28,838 nucleotides of DNA from Selaginella moellendorffii (lineage: Eukaryota > Plantae > Lycopodiophyta): NCBI RefSeq assembly GCF_000143415.4, contig NW_003314497.1:1-28838 (forward strand). Direction: 5' to 3'. Both the position numbers and the translations under genes were made by a program. A model generated the notes under the pieces. It was not told the origin of the DNA. It saw only the letters and a list, made by a program, of their open reading frames with translations, and ran no database searches. Within the stretch, counting starts at the first letter, position 1. Each line of letters opens with the position of its first letter. Below are positions 10,472-23,232 of the stretch, piece after piece.

Positions 10472-10832
10472 TGTCAAAACCCCCAACAAAATCAAGACTG
10501 AAAAATGCAAAAGACAAAGAGAAAAGCTAGTGGAAACAAAGAAGAGGCCTTAGACTAGCGTTGATTCAGATTGTGGAGAAATGGAACAAGGCTAACCTAT
10601 ATATACTATAGGTTGATGAAGCTCCACCACTCTTGGATCGAGGACGGCCTAAATATAGCTGAGGTCGAGGAGGCACCACATCAATATCAGGAATGTGGCT
10701 CGAGACTCAGGAATCGTACAGGAAATCAAAGGGTCAGGAATAGGGACGTGTCTTGAGAGTCAGGAATGTGGTCTGCAAGTCAAGAATCCAGCGAGAGTCA
10801 GGAATGTGGCAAGAATTGGGGGATTCCTGACA
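10472..10832 (-). repeat. 3' LTR of element A (~361 bp) with internal GAGTCAGGAAT-type repeats
   Basis: Begins TGTCAGGAATCCCCC on the minus strand directly after the PPT. The matching inverted end TGTCAAAACCCCC is at 10472. No partner LTR is in the window, so the left boundary is inferred. Confidence 0.7.
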
Positions 10833-10845
10833 TCACCCCCTCCTC
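10833..10845 (-). other. Polypurine tract of element A
   Basis: Minus strand GAGGAGGGGGTGA immediately before TGTCAG. Confidence 0.85.
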
Positions 10846-12908
10846 AAGAATGAGTGGAACGAGGATGTGAATGAGAACGACGAGGAGGATGAGATGAGCG
10901 GCGAGGGATGGGAGATGGAGAAAAAGAATGAGGACTAGGACGAGAAGGATAGCGGCGGTGGAAGTCCTGAACAAGGTCAGGAGAATGAATCAGGTTGCCC
11001 GCAGGTTCCCAAGTGCGTTCTTTAGGCCCGTAACCCTTCCAGTCGACCAGATAGTAGAGTTTAGACCGTGAAATCTTGGAATCAAGGATGTCATGAACCT
11101 CGTACTCAAACCCATCCTCGAGCTGCACTGGTGGAGGTGGAGGAATGACCCGATTGGAAATAGGACTGGGAATATAAGGCTCAAGGAGAGAGGAATGAAA
11201 AACGGGGTGAATTTGATATGAGGAGGGAAGTGCAAGGCGATAAGTGATAGGATTAATGATGGCAGTGATAGGGAAAGGACTGAGGCGTTTGAAATCAAGT
11301 TTTGGACAAGGCCTGGTGGTGGAGATATTTTGCCTGAGGAGCCAGACTTTATCCCTGATATTGTAAGGGGGACAATCCTGACGATGGACATTGGCAAATG
11401 TTTTGTGAGATTCCTAAGCACGATGGAGGTGGAAGGAGATGGAGTTGTGGATTTCTTGGAGGTTGGAGACAAATGCCTCAGAGCGGGGATTTGAATGAGA
11501 GGATTCGGATGGAGAAGGAAGTGAGAGATTGAATCAGGGATTTTGGCCAGAGTTTGCAAAGAAGGGGGAAATTCGAAGAGAGGAGTGAACAGAGTTGTTA
11601 TAGGAGAACTCAGCAAGGGGAAGGATATCGAACCAGTTATCTTGATGATAGTTGATGAAGCACCTCAAGAATTGTTCCAACGTTTGAATCATTCGCTTGG
11701 ACTACCCATCAGTTTGAGGATGATATGCCGAAGAGAGGTTGGCCTTCATTCCAAGCAGCTGCAAAAACCGTTGCCAGAAATGAGAGATGAACTAAGGCCC
11801 CCGATCCGAAACCACATCTATAGGAATCCCATGAAGTCGGAAAATTTCCCCGAATACCAGTTTTGCCATGTCCTCGCCCAAAAACTCCTTGGTACATGGC
11901 AAGAACTGCGCCATCTTTGTGAAGCGATCCACCACAACTAAAATGCTGTTGAAGCCTCCAGAACTCGGAAGATCACTCAAGAAATCCATGGAGATGGATT
12001 CCCAAGGACCTGAAGGGACCGGAAGGGAAAGAAGCAAACCTGAAGGAAGGTGGCGAGGTATCTTATTTCGGGCGCAAGTGTCACAGGAGGTAACAAAAGA
12101 TTTGATGTAGTTGTCCATGTGAGGCCACCAAAAGTCCCGTGCAACTAGCTCATAGATTTTCGCAATGCCAAAGTGACCAGCAGTCGGGCTATCGTGGCAC
12201 GCCATTAGGACCAACCTTCGAGCATCACCTTCAGGAACGTAAAGCTGCTCCTCATGGTATAATAAGCCATCTAAGAACTCGAACTCGTCAAATCGCCAGC
12301 AGTCGAGAGTCATAGGGTGTCCAACTTGAAGATGGGGGAAAATGTCGCTGGCGAGATCATCGGATTGAAGATCGTTTCTGATGGCATCCATCAAGGAGGA
12401 GTCCTGAGGGGCCAGGGAAATTGCCATAACTTGAAGCCGATCAGGACCGAGAATAACTTGATCCTGTTGATCGAAGGCAGGATTACCAGGCTTGAGATTG
12501 AGATAGGAGCGCCTTGAAAGAGCATGAGGAAGGCCTTGAAGCTTTCCAAGTTTGTACTTGATAACAAAGTCAAACCGACTCAGGAATTGTGCCCACCTTG
12601 CTTGATGACAGCTCAAAACTCGGGAAGTGGCAAAGTACTCAAAGATTTTTGTGATCCATCCAGACCGTTGTTTGATGGCTTGCCCCCTCCAAGAAACGAC
12701 GCCACTCTCCAAAGGAATCCACGATGGCAAGGAGCTCCTTGTCGTGGATTTCGTAATTGATCTTCGCAGGCTGGAATTTCCGAGAATGGAAAGTGACCGG
12801 ATGAAGTTCTTGATCCGCTCCGAGTTGAGACAGCACAGCACCGATGGCAAAGTCGGAGGCGTCAGCCTCGATGAAGAAAGGTTGTGAGGAATCAGCATGG
12901 ATCAAAAT
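10844..12908 (-). pseudogene. Element A pol 3' part: RNase H, integrase, chromodomain (frameshifted)
   Basis: Track ORFs 12639-13028, 11792-12898 and 10844-11128. Chromodomain EYEVHDILDSKISRSKLYYLVDWKGYGPKERTWEP. Confidence 0.92.
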
Positions 12909-13801
12909 TGTAGCGCACCTGAATTTGGAGCCGAACTCCAAGCTCGTTGCGCTAAGAAACGAGGGTTTGGTACAATCCCACGAGCACCAGCTCCCCGTAT
13001 CCAGCACCTGCACGCAAAATTTTGGCATACCGGTGGCCTAATGCAAGGAGGGTACTCCACCGACTAGAGCAGCATGGAGCTTAGGCTTAGACCCAAGCCG
13101 GACACAGAACAAAGAGCGACACAGCCCAGCAGGAGCCAAACTAATGTCTCAGGTGGTCGGACATGCATTCCAACCACTATCCCTACTATACATTTGGAAC
13201 CCCCCATAGCCCCCCCCCCCTCTTGAGGAGCACACGCTTTGGGCTTTCACCCCAAGCCTCCCTTAGTACTAGGAGTTAGTCTCTGGGACAAGCTCGAAAC
13301 TTACTAAATATGGAATGTCCCTAGATTGCGAATTTGGACACAGGACGAACACCATTGTGTTCAGGACGATCTCTACATTCCGTAGATATGCCAAATGAGC
13401 AAATTTGGACACTTTCCATAAATAGCATTTGGGACCAAAATGAGACTAACACAAAGGGCATGATAGTGAGGGTGTTTGGCAGACACGGTAAGCTATCATG
13501 TAGCGATATTGAGGGACTAATCTCAATACGCGAGGGTTCTTGTCACTAGCAAGTGCAAGACAAAACGAGACGGGAACTCCTTACCGGGCTAAGTATGCTT
13601 AGCTAATAACACGTAGGAATTCCGTCCTTATGCTCGTCCGGTCTAAGTACACTCGAAATGCCCAGTTAACTCCACTAGCACAAGAGGGACTGATAAAGGG
13701 TCCAGCAATACCGACCTCTTGCCATCGTGGCAGTAAGGTAAGAGTGTCCGTAAGGACTAGTCAACAGGTAACTTTCGATACCCGAAGTCACATGCGCGAC
13801 A
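12909..13801 (-). repeat. 3' LTR of element B (outer copy)
   Basis: Colinear with 19515-20434 (TGTAG.GCACCTGAATTTGGAGC ... GAAGTCACAT..GCGACA). Followed on the plus strand by a 16-bp duplication and a PPT copy (13818-13828). Confidence 0.92.
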
Positions 13802-14167
13802 CTTCACATGCGCAACACTCTCCCCCCCTAGGGAAGATCGACGTCCTCGTCGATGCATACTCAAGTCTAGAATACCGCCAAGGAAACAACTCCAAAAAAA
13901 AGTTCACGGTACTCACACTATGTGAGAAATGCACCAACTTAAATGAGTTAGGGGGCAACCTCTTTGTCTAACGCGGATGCGCTACCAGCTTAGACACCTT
14001 CCGGCCGTCGCCGACAAGGAAATGACCAACGGAGTCAGCCACCCTTGCTACTCTGGTTGTCACCCAGCTTACAAAAGTGTGATATGCCCTGCCCGCAGAG
14101 ACATAGAGAGAGGCACGCAAGCGGGAGCTAGACTATGCCTCAGATTGGTCGGCCATGCCCGACCTAC

Positions 14168-14797
14168 CCACTATCCCTACTATACATTTGGAACCCCCCA
14201 CAGCCCCCCCCCCCCCCTTGAGGAACACACGCTTTGGGCTTTCACCCCAAGCCTCCCTTAGTATCAGGAGTTAGTCTCTGGGATAAGCTCAAAACTTACT
14301 AAATATGGAATGTTTTTAGATTGCGAATTTGGATATGGGACGAACACCATTGTGTTCAGGCCGATCTCTACATTCCGTAGATATGCCAAATGAGCAAATT
14401 TGGACACTTTCCATAAATAGCTTTTGGGACCGAAATGAGACCAACACAAAAGGCGTGATAGCGAGGGTGTTTGGCAGACACGGTAAGCTATCATTTAGCG
14501 ATATTGAGGGACTAGTCTCAATACGCGAGGGTTCTTGTCACTAGCAAGTGCAAGACAAAACGAAACGGGAACTCCTTACCAGGCTAAGTATGCTTAACTA
14601 ATAGCACGTAGGAATTCCGTCCTTATGCTCGTCCGGTCTAAGTACACTCGAAATGCCCAGTTAACTCCACTAGCACAAGAGGGGCTACTAAAGGGATCCA
14701 ACTGTACTGATCTCCTGCAGTCATGGCAGTAAGGAAAGAGTGTCCGTAAGGACTGGTCGACAAGTATCTTTCGATACCCGAAGTCACATTCGCGACA
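14168..14797 (-). repeat. Third, partial LTR copy of element B with adjacent PPT (14798-14808)
   Basis: Matches the LTR from CCACTATCCCTACTATACATTTGG to ...CGCGACA and lacks the first ~265 bp (plus-strand sense). Confidence 0.9.
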
Positions 14798-15469
14798 CTC
14801 TCCCCCCCTTGGGGAAGATCGATGTCCTCGTCAATACATACCCGAGTCTACCAAACCGTCAAGGAAACAACTCCGAAAGTTAACGGAAAGCACACTATGT
14901 GGGAAACACACCGACTTAAATGAGTTATGGAACAACCTCTCCTCTACGTCCAAAGACATTAAGACTCAGACACCCTCCGGCCGTCAACGACAAGGAGATG
15001 ACTAACGGAGTTAGCAACCCTTGCTGCTCCGAGTACCACTCGGCTTACAAAGGAATGATACATCCCTGCCCGCAGGGACATAGGGAGAAGACCAGAGGCC
15101 CAACTTCCCCTGAGCAAGAAATCAACCCCATCGGGAAGATTTAGACAACTATTATAAACTGGCAGATTAAGTTGTTTACATGACCACGCCCCTTTTTCAA
15201 AAGTGAGTCATCGAGAGAGAGGCGGGGACTTGTGATCAGTCTATAATAGTTATCCCCATGGTTATGGATTGGAGCCATGTACCGAAGTGCCGAAGTCAAC
15301 TTGCCAAAACTGACCCAAGGACGAATGAACAAGAGAAATGACACTTTGATTTATAGAAATATATTACTTTATTAATTTGTAAGATTTATTACAAGATTTA
15401 CAAAAGCTATCGTTTATTACTATACTCATACTCCGTGACAAGCCCACAGGCATGTGTAAGATTACTAAG

Positions 15470-18132
15470 AGGTTCCCAAGTTGATTCACAAGTCGGGTAA
15501 CCTTTCCACTTAACTAGATATTCCTTCGTACGAGCCTGTCTTCAAGACCGGGCATCCAAGATAGCTTCAACTTCATATTCTGGTTCACCGTCCACAACAT
15601 CTGGTGGTAAACGAATCTTCCCACGTTGCGCAACATCCATAGTGTAAGGAGCCAAGAGATTGGCATGAAATACACTATGAATATAGGACATCTCTGCAGG
15701 AAGATCCAACCGATAGGATACATCACCAATGCGTTTCAACACCCGATAAGGTCCAACATATCTCGGTAACAGCTTCTGAGACAAAGATCCTTTAATGTTC
15801 AAGTTCCGGGAAGATAGCCACACCTGATCTCCCACTTGATAGGATACATCCCGACGATGCTGATCCTTATCACATCAATACCTATCCTGAGCTTTGCCCA
15901 TCGCCTCAATAGCTCTAGACCAACCTTGGTGTAGCTGCTCCGCATAAGTTTCAACGGCTGGGACCAACACTTCGGTCATTGGTTTCGGTACAACGATTTG
16001 TTGAGGAACCCCACGAGCATTCCCTTGTAGCATCTCCCATGGAGAACAGCCTATAGCGCTGTGAAATGTGTTGTTATAACAGATTTCTGCTTTATCTAAA
16101 TGCTCAACCTAGTCGCGCTGGTCCGCCGCGACATAGTACCGCAGATAATCCTCAACTTGAGCATTCACGCATTCGGTCTACCCATCAGTCTGAGGATGAT
16201 AAGCCGTACTAAACTTCAACTTGGTACTGAACAGCTGGAATAGTGTGCCCCAAAACTTCCCCGTAAACCTTGAATCCCTATCCGAGATCATCTCTTCGGG
16301 AAGACCACGAACTCACACTACTTCATGGAAAAAGAGTTTTGCTGCTTGTTTCGCATTCACTGTTCCCACAATTGGAATGAAGTGTGCAATCTTTGACAAC
16401 CGATCCACAACCACCATCAAAGTATCATAACCCTTAGACTTCGGCAAGCAAGTGACGAAATCAAGTGTCACATTCAGAAATGGCCATGCCGGTGCTGGAA
16501 TGCATTGCAACTTCCCAAGATTTATCAAGTTTATCAAGATCTGGGATCCTGAGAACAGGAACCGTAGTCAAGATCTCCTTCAACTGTACAAAAGCACGGT
16601 GTCCAATGAAACGGAATACTACTCTTCGTCAACTCAGTCAACGGAAGAGCAATCCTTGCAAAATTGCGGACAAACTTGCGATAGTATCCCGCCAAATTGA
16701 GAAAGGATCGAACATCTGATACAGTGGTCGGGACTTCCCAGGACTTCACCGCTTCCACCTTCTTTGGATTGACCTCAATCATGCCACCACCAACTATATG
16801 TCCAAGAAAGTTTACACACAATTGACCAAAAGCGCATTTACTTTCCTTAGCATACAGTTTGTGTTCGCGCAACTTTTGAAACACTAGCTCCAAGTGTTTC
16901 AAATGATCCTCCAACTTCTCGCTGAAGACTAGAACATCGTCAATATATAGGACAACAAATGTGTCCAGATAATCTCTGAATATTCTATCCATCATAGTGC
17001 TGAACGTTGCCGGAGCATTGCATAACCCGAACGGCATGACAAGGAACTCATAAGATCCGTACCAAGTCTTAAAGGCTGTCTTCTCCACATCTTGATCCGC
17101 CACCCGTATCTGATGATACCCAGACCGCATATCAAGTCATGTAAAATACTTAGCCTTTAAGAGTTGGTCAAACAAGTCATCAATGCAAGGCAAAGGATAA
17201 CTGTTTTTAACTGTGATCTTGTTGAGTGCCCAATAGTCAATACACATCCTCATGGTTCCATCCTTTTTCATAACTAAAAGGACCGGCGCTTCATAAGGTG
17301 ACTTGCTTGGTTGGATATGACCTTTGTTAAGAAGCTCCGTGAGTTGCTTCTTAAGTTCAGCCATCTCCTTGATGTTCAACCGATATGGAGCTTTTGTAGG
17401 TGGTTTAGAGCCCAGAATAACCTCAATCCGATGATCAACCTCACGGCTAGGAGGTAGCCCTTGTGGCAAATCCTTCGGAAAGATATCCTGATTCCTCACC
17501 AACAACTCCAATATCCTCTTTGGTACAGAATCAACCCCGTCGCCGATTCGAACTGAGTCACCAATACCCTCAGCTTCCATCACTTGAACCCAAAAGGTCT
17601 GACATCCCCTCTTAGCTGCTTTTTTAGCGGCCCTCGCAATCAAGATCTTCCCATCCCAATCCTTTGAGGAACGCTTTTGCAACTGGAAGGACACATTGGG
17701 TCGTCCCTCAGACTTCAATGTGATACGACTTTGTCCAGCACCATAAATCCCTTTTATATACTTGTTGAAGAAATCCATACCAAACACCATCTGAAAATCT
17801 GGTATCTTCAACACTACCAAGTCCACTCTTTCTTTCCACTTGGATATCTTTATTGGAACATCACTCACAAACTTTCTAGCTACTTGCCCACCTTTTGCAA
17901 ACCGGAAGTGCATAGGCGACATTTGCTCAGCATTCAATCCTAACAACTTAACTAAGTCTTCGGATATCACGCTGTGCGTAGCTCCCGTATCAATCATCAC
18001 TCGGATTCGGTGTCCACAGACAAAGCCTACCAGATACATCAACGGATCAGTGTTTGCATTGACTGCAAGAAAAGCTTGAGGAAAGCAACGAAAGTTACTC
18101 ACCTCTTCTTCCTCATAGTCTGCATTGACCAA
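15470..18132 (-). pseudogene. Element B pol: protease, RT, integrase core, chromodomain; RNase H and integrase zinc finger deleted
   Basis: MIDTGATH; [12 protein letters not shown]; LYIDDVL; TLDFVTCLP; YHPQTDG*; KLLPRYVGPY; EYEVEAILDAR...YLVKWKGYPTCESTWEP. Multiple stops and frameshifts. Confidence 0.92.
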
Positions 18133-19323
18133 CTCGTCACCCCTTCAGCTTCACCACCACTGTCTTCCCTCATGACATTAACCTGAGACCTTGTCTTATG
18201 CTTGTTGGGACATTCTGAGGACCTATGTCCCGACTCTCCACAATGGAAGCAATGACCCACACTACCCGTTCCGCTAGGAGCAGGTTTTGCAGGTTGCTGC
18301 TGCTTGTACCCACCAGGAGGAGGAACAGAGGGCCTAGGACCAAAAGAAGCTGCTGGTGGTCTCCAACCACCACCACCTTTGTTAACCGTTGCTTGTGAGC
18401 CTCCAGGGCGGAACCTACTTTCCACCCTCTGTTTCCGATCACCTTGTTTATTCCCAGAATTTATATTCTTATCTGAGTTACCAGCATACGGTTGCTGATA
18501 TTGTTCCATGAGCGAGTGACTAAAGGCAACTTGATGCGCCGCCTCCTTACACTCCAGGTACGTCTTTGGCTTAAACTTCAAAATCTCATTACGAGAAAGT
18601 GAACTTAAACCCTCTAAGAAATAACTCTGAGCATCTTCGTCACTCATATTTGCAATCATAATGCACTTCTGAGCAAACGCATTAACATAATGCATGAAAT
18701 CCCCTCGCTGCTTTAACTGCCGCAGCTCCGCACGAAGTCTCAGACCAAGATCATCCGGCAAGTATTCCTTACGGATATGAGACCGCATCTTGGTCCAACT
18801 TCTAGTCTGCCCTTTTTTCAGCACACACCTGGCGCCACCAAGTTTTGGCATGATTGGTGAGAAAGGATTGCGCACATGCAACCTTCGTACGATCATTTAC
18901 GTCTGCCGCTATGAAATAGTTTTCCATATCGTAGACCCAGTCTTCCAAAACTTGATAGTCCCGCATGCCTCTAAAGTTGGGTGGTTTCGGGGGCTTGAAC
19001 TTTGAAACTCGTGCAACCGGGGGCAGCTGTAGAACCTTATTATCCTCAGAACTCAAAGAGGAGTCCGGTTTCTTAGGCTTAGCTGGTTTAGTTGCCTCAG
19101 CCTCTTTCTTCCTCTTCTTGTTCTCCTTCTTCAATTTGCGAATCTCCTTTCGCAAATTCTCAATCTCGACTTTTTGAGCCGTACGCTGCAGTGCCGCAGC
19201 CTCCAGCTCTTCCTCTTCTGACTCAGCCTCTGCCTCTTCCACAGCATCTCTAGCAGGAGTTTCCTCCTCTCGATTCGCCCGTCTAGAGGTTTCAGCATCA
19301 TCAGCACGGTTCCGTTTCACCAT
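18099..19323 (-). pseudogene. Element B gag (frameshifted) with CCHC zinc knuckle
   Basis: MVKRNRADD...LEDWVYDMENYF...AKTWW; LRQLKQRGDFMHYVNAF; CFHCGESGHRSSEC. Confidence 0.9.
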
Positions 19324-19500
19324 CCTGCTAACTGCATGCATGCCTCTATCAGTAACTGAACATGCATACAATGTTCTTACCGAATGGTGCAATCCAACTA
19401 ATCCTATACAGGTCGCTTCGAATCTACTAGAAAAGTCTCTGCGTATGCAACTTGAGTCAGAAAATCCGACAAAAGTTGGATAAGAATCGCTGACACAATT

Positions 19501-19512
19501 CCTCTGATACAA
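19501..19512 (-). other. Primer binding site of B (tRNA-iMet-like, degenerate)
   Basis: Minus strand TTGTATCAGAGG versus canonical TGGTATCAGAGC, 2 nt from the LTR end. Confidence 0.75.
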
Positions 19513-19514
19513 AA

Positions 19515-20434
19515 TGTAGAGCACCTGAATTTGGAGCTGAACTCCAAGCCCGTTGCGCTACGAAACAAGGGTCCGGTACAATCCCACGAGCACCAGCTCC
19601 CCGTATCCAGCACCTGCACGCAAAATGGTGTCAGACGGAGTCTGGCACAATTTTGGCATACCGGTGGCCTAACGCGAGAAGGAGGGTACTCCACCGACTA
19701 GAGCAGCATGGAGCTTGGGCTTAGACCCAAGCCGGACTCAGAACAAGGAGCGACACAGCCCAGCGGGAGCCAAACTAATGTCTCAGGTGGTCTGACATGC
19801 ATTCCAACCACTATCCCTACTATACATTTGGAAACCCCCATAGCCCCCCCCCCCTTGAGGAGCACACGCTTTGGGCTTTCACCCCAAGCCTCCCTTAGTA
19901 CTAGGAGTTAGTCTCTGGGACAAGCTCAAAACTTACTAAATATGGAATGTTTTTAAATTGCGAATTTGGACACGAGACGAACACCATTGTGTTTAGGCCG
20001 GTCTCTACATTCCGTAGATATGCCAAATGAGCTAATCTAGACACTTTCCATAAATAGCTTTTGGGACCGAAATGAGACCAACACAAAGGGCGTGATAGTG
20101 AGGGTGTTTGGCAAACACGGGAAGCTATCATCTAGCGATATTGAGGGACTAGTCTCAATATGCGAGGGTTCTTATCATTAGCAAGTGCAAGAGAAAACGA
20201 GATGGGAACTCCTTACCGGGCTAAGTATGCTTAGCTAATAGCACGTAGGAATTCCGTCCTTATGCTCGTCCGGTCTAAGTACACTCGAAATGCCTAGTTA
20301 ACTCCACTAGCACAAGAGGGGCTACTAAAGGGATCCAACTGTACCGATCTCCTGCCGTCATGGCAGTAAGGAAAGAGTGTCCGTAAGGACTGGTCGACAA
20401 GTATCTTTCGATACCCGAAGTCACATTTGCGACA
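19515..20434 (-). repeat. 5' LTR of element B (920 bp)
   Basis: TG at 19515, CA at 20433-20434; adjacent to the PBS; repeat of 12909-13801. Confidence 0.93.
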
Positions 20435-22072
20435 AAAACGGGAGCAGAATAGAAGGCTGCCTTGAGTGTGTCGAAGGCGTGCTAGGCAGCAGCAGACCAA
20501 GAGAAGGGAACATCCTTGCGAGTGAGATGCGTGAGAGGAAGGACAATGTCAGAGTAGTGATCAATGAATTTGCGGTAGAAGTTGGCGAAGCCAAGGAAAA
20601 TCTGAACGTTTGACATTGATTGTGGAGGCTCCCACTCGAGAATAGTCTTGACTTTGGCAGGATCCATCGTCATACCCTCAGGAGTGACAATGTACCCAAG
20701 GAACTCCATAGACTGCTGATCGAAGGAACATTTCTCAAGCTTCGCGTATAGGCCGTGTTCTCGCAGCTTTGCCAGCACCTTGCGTACATGTTCGTCATGC
20801 TCCTCCTGAGTTTTTGAGTAGATGAGGATGTCATCGAGGTAGATGATCACCATCTGATCAAGAAACTCCCGAAAGACGTTGTTCGCCATGTGTTGGAAAA
20901 CTGCTGGAGCATTTGTCAAGCCAAATGGCATGACAGTGTACTCGAAGTGGCCATAGCAGGTTTGGAACGCAGTCTTCCATTCATCACCAGGCCGGATCCG
21001 GATCAGGTTGTATGCGCCACGGAGGTCAATCTTGGTGAAAAAGCGGGCACCGCTGAGGCGTTCCAACAGGTCCGAGATCAGGGGCAGCGGATAACGGTTC
21101 TGAACAATCACTTTGTTCAAACCTTGGTAATCGATGACTAGCCGCAAACTCCCATCCTTCTTCTTGACAAAGAAGACAGGTGCTCCAGCCGGGGACTGCG
21201 AATGCTGAATGTACCCCGAGGCAAGGTTCTCATCCACGTACTCTTTGAGGGCCTTAAGCTCGGACGGGGATAACCCGTAGATAGGCCCCCACGGAGGTGA
21301 CGCTCCTTCTTGTAAATCAATGGGACAGTCATAAGGCCAATGAACAGGTAGTACACTAGCTTTTTTCTTGTCAAACACATCCCCAAAATCATGATACTTC
21401 TTAGGAAGACTGACAGGAAAAACATGCAAAGCAAAAAGGAAAATAGGTTCTTCATGAAGGAGTTCTTTCATAATGATTGTGGAGATAGGAGGAGGTGTAT
21501 GACTAAATGGAATGATGAGACAAGGATACTGTCTAGTGTAAGATGGAAGAGAGGAAAAAGAAGAGAGTGAAAACTTCGTAGAGTCAGGAACAGAACCCCG
21601 ATTTGAGTTTAGGGAACTTTTCCTGATTCGGACTCGATGAACAGTAGGGGAAGCCGTGGAAGATGGTGATGTGGGAGAGATGAGCTGTAATTCCTTCTAA
21701 CAAATCTGAGGCTGATGTAGTTGGAACCAAGGAAGACCGAGCACCACAGAGGAGGATTTGCTGTTGATGATGTTGAAGGTGATATCATTGACGGTGGACC
21801 CAATGTGTACTCGAACGGGCAACGTTTCCCTAAGTCCAGAAGATGGAGACACAAAATGCCCGCCGATGCCTTCAACCCTCAGATCCCGTATGGTAGGAGA
21901 AAGAGGAACGTGATGTCGGGCAGTAAAGTCCGTGTCCATGAAGTAGAAAGTTGCACCCGAGTCCAATAGCGCCAAAGCCTTGAGTCCTGATTGTCCGGTG
22001 AAAGAAAGGAGACATGGGACGCGGAAGTTGGGAATTGGTGGTGGCTTTGATGAAAGGTGGTGAGGAACTTGA
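20435..22072 (-). pseudogene. Element A pol 5' part: protease and reverse transcriptase
   Basis: ALLDSGAT...VVLGLPW; [25 protein letters not shown]; DLRGAYNLIRI; MPFGLTNAPAVFQ; IYLDDILIYS. Confidence 0.93.
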
Positions 22073-23216
22073 TGTAAGGAACCAACTCACCGAGGTGTCG
22101 TAGGCTAAAGGAACCCCGAAAGCATGACCAAAATGACAAAGAGTTCATCGGATGGGACTAAGTCGAAGATTGAGTCCAAGACCGACTCGGAGACCGAGTT
22201 CGAGATAGAGTCCGGAATCGAGTCCAAGACTGACTCGGGGACCGAGTTCGAGACCGAGTTCGAGACGGAGTCCGAGATCCGAAATCAGGTCCGAGACCGA
22301 GTCCGAGGTCGAGTCCGAGGTCGGGTCCGAGATCGGGTCCGAGATCGAGTCCGAGATTGAGTCCGAGACCGAATCCGAAGTCGGATACGAAATCGAGTCC
22401 GAGATTGAGCTAGAGACTAAGTCCAAATACTAATACGGGTCAAGGGGTGAAAGCCCAAAGCGTGCGTCTCCCAGAGGGGGGGCTTGCAGGGGGTTCCCAA
22501 AGTATAGTAGAGATAGTGAGGTCCAGGAATCAGTTTTGAAGGGACTCTCTAGTGAGGCTTCCAAACCAACTTAAGGTTGAGACTGGGACCGAGGGGCCTT
22601 GGGTGGGAGTGAGCATGGACTTGGTTGGTGCCGGAGGGGCCATCCTAGGAAGTGCTCAAGAGCAGCTCCCACTCCCGAAAGGGAAACCGATTGCGGTGCT
22701 CCCGGCTCATGTGGAGTGGTGCCCCACTTGAGTACCATGCGGCTCATTGGTCCTCACCCTTCCTAGGGGCTTGGGCCTTCCTTCGGGATGGAAGAGGGGG
22801 GGTAGAGGTACCCATACCGGGCCGCTAGGCCACGGTGTTTCGCCCCGGCGTCCCGAAGCAAGTGTTGCACTCAAGACTTGGGATTTAGAGGGTCCCATGA
22901 TCAAGTCTTGTGGTACCAAGGGATGTTAGGAACCTGGAAGCTTGGTGTGCTTGGCTGCTTGTGCTTGCGGGGAGTGTAGCAGAACATTAAGTCCAGTCTA
23001 ACCTGAGGAGGGGGATTGGGAGAGATTGGGAATCCGTGGATGGATGGCTAACGCTCCGTTGCTCGTGCAGTGAGTAGCTGAAACCAAGTAGGACCAAGTA
23101 GGAGTTAGTACCATAGGTGAGAACCTTGGCGAGGGAACTTAGCAAAAGCCAAGGCAGTGTCGGATGGATAGACGAGGTAAGCTAGCAAATTGGAAAGGAA
23201 AAATTTGTGGCTTACA
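22073..23216 (+). repeat. 5' LTR of element C (1144 bp)
   Basis: TGTAAG...CTTACA inverted ends; repeated from 28524; followed by the PBS. Confidence 0.93.
22160..22425 (+). repeat. Degenerate 6/12-bp tandem repeat (CGAGTCCGAGAT-like) inside LTR C, also at 28611-28838
   Basis: About 20 imperfect 12-mers such as GAGTCCGAGATC and GAGTTCGAGACC. Confidence 0.9.
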
Positions 23217-23219
23217 ATT

Positions 23220-23232
23220 TGGTATCGGAGCC
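23220..23232 (+). other. Primer binding site of C (tRNA-iMet)
   Basis: TGGTATCGGAGCC, one mismatch to TGGTATCAGAGCC, 3 nt after the LTR. Confidence 0.88.

Larger units (their letters stand above)
12909..20434 (-). mobile_element. Element B: full-length but defective chromodomain Ty3/Gypsy retrotransposon nested in A
   Basis: TG...CA LTRs at both ends, flanked by AAAAT (12904-12908) and AAAAC (20435-20439). Has an iMet-like PBS, PPT, gag with CCHC knuckle, PR, RT, partial INT and chromodomain. Confidence 0.93.
10472..22072 (-). mobile_element. Element A: chromodomain Ty3/Gypsy retrotransposon (Tcn1-like chromovirus), interrupted by B (12909-20434) and C (from 22073); gag and 5' LTR not in window
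   Basis: Domain order PR (ALLDSGAT, ~21975), RT (YLDD, 21471-20482), RH (IEADASDFAIGAVLSQ, YEIHDKELLA), INT (CHDSP..GHFG, CDTC, SMDF), chromodomain, PPT, LTR. Removing B rejoins SAPVL/IHADSSQPF. Confidence 0.9.

Noticed and set aside
13334-14544. Duplicated small ORFs (71 aa, 76 aa)
   Set aside because: Incidental frames within repeated LTR B sequence with no recognisable motifs.
22124-22426. Repetitive proteins (ETEFE/RVRD/SDS ORFs)
   Set aside because: These are translations of the tandem repeat inside LTR C.
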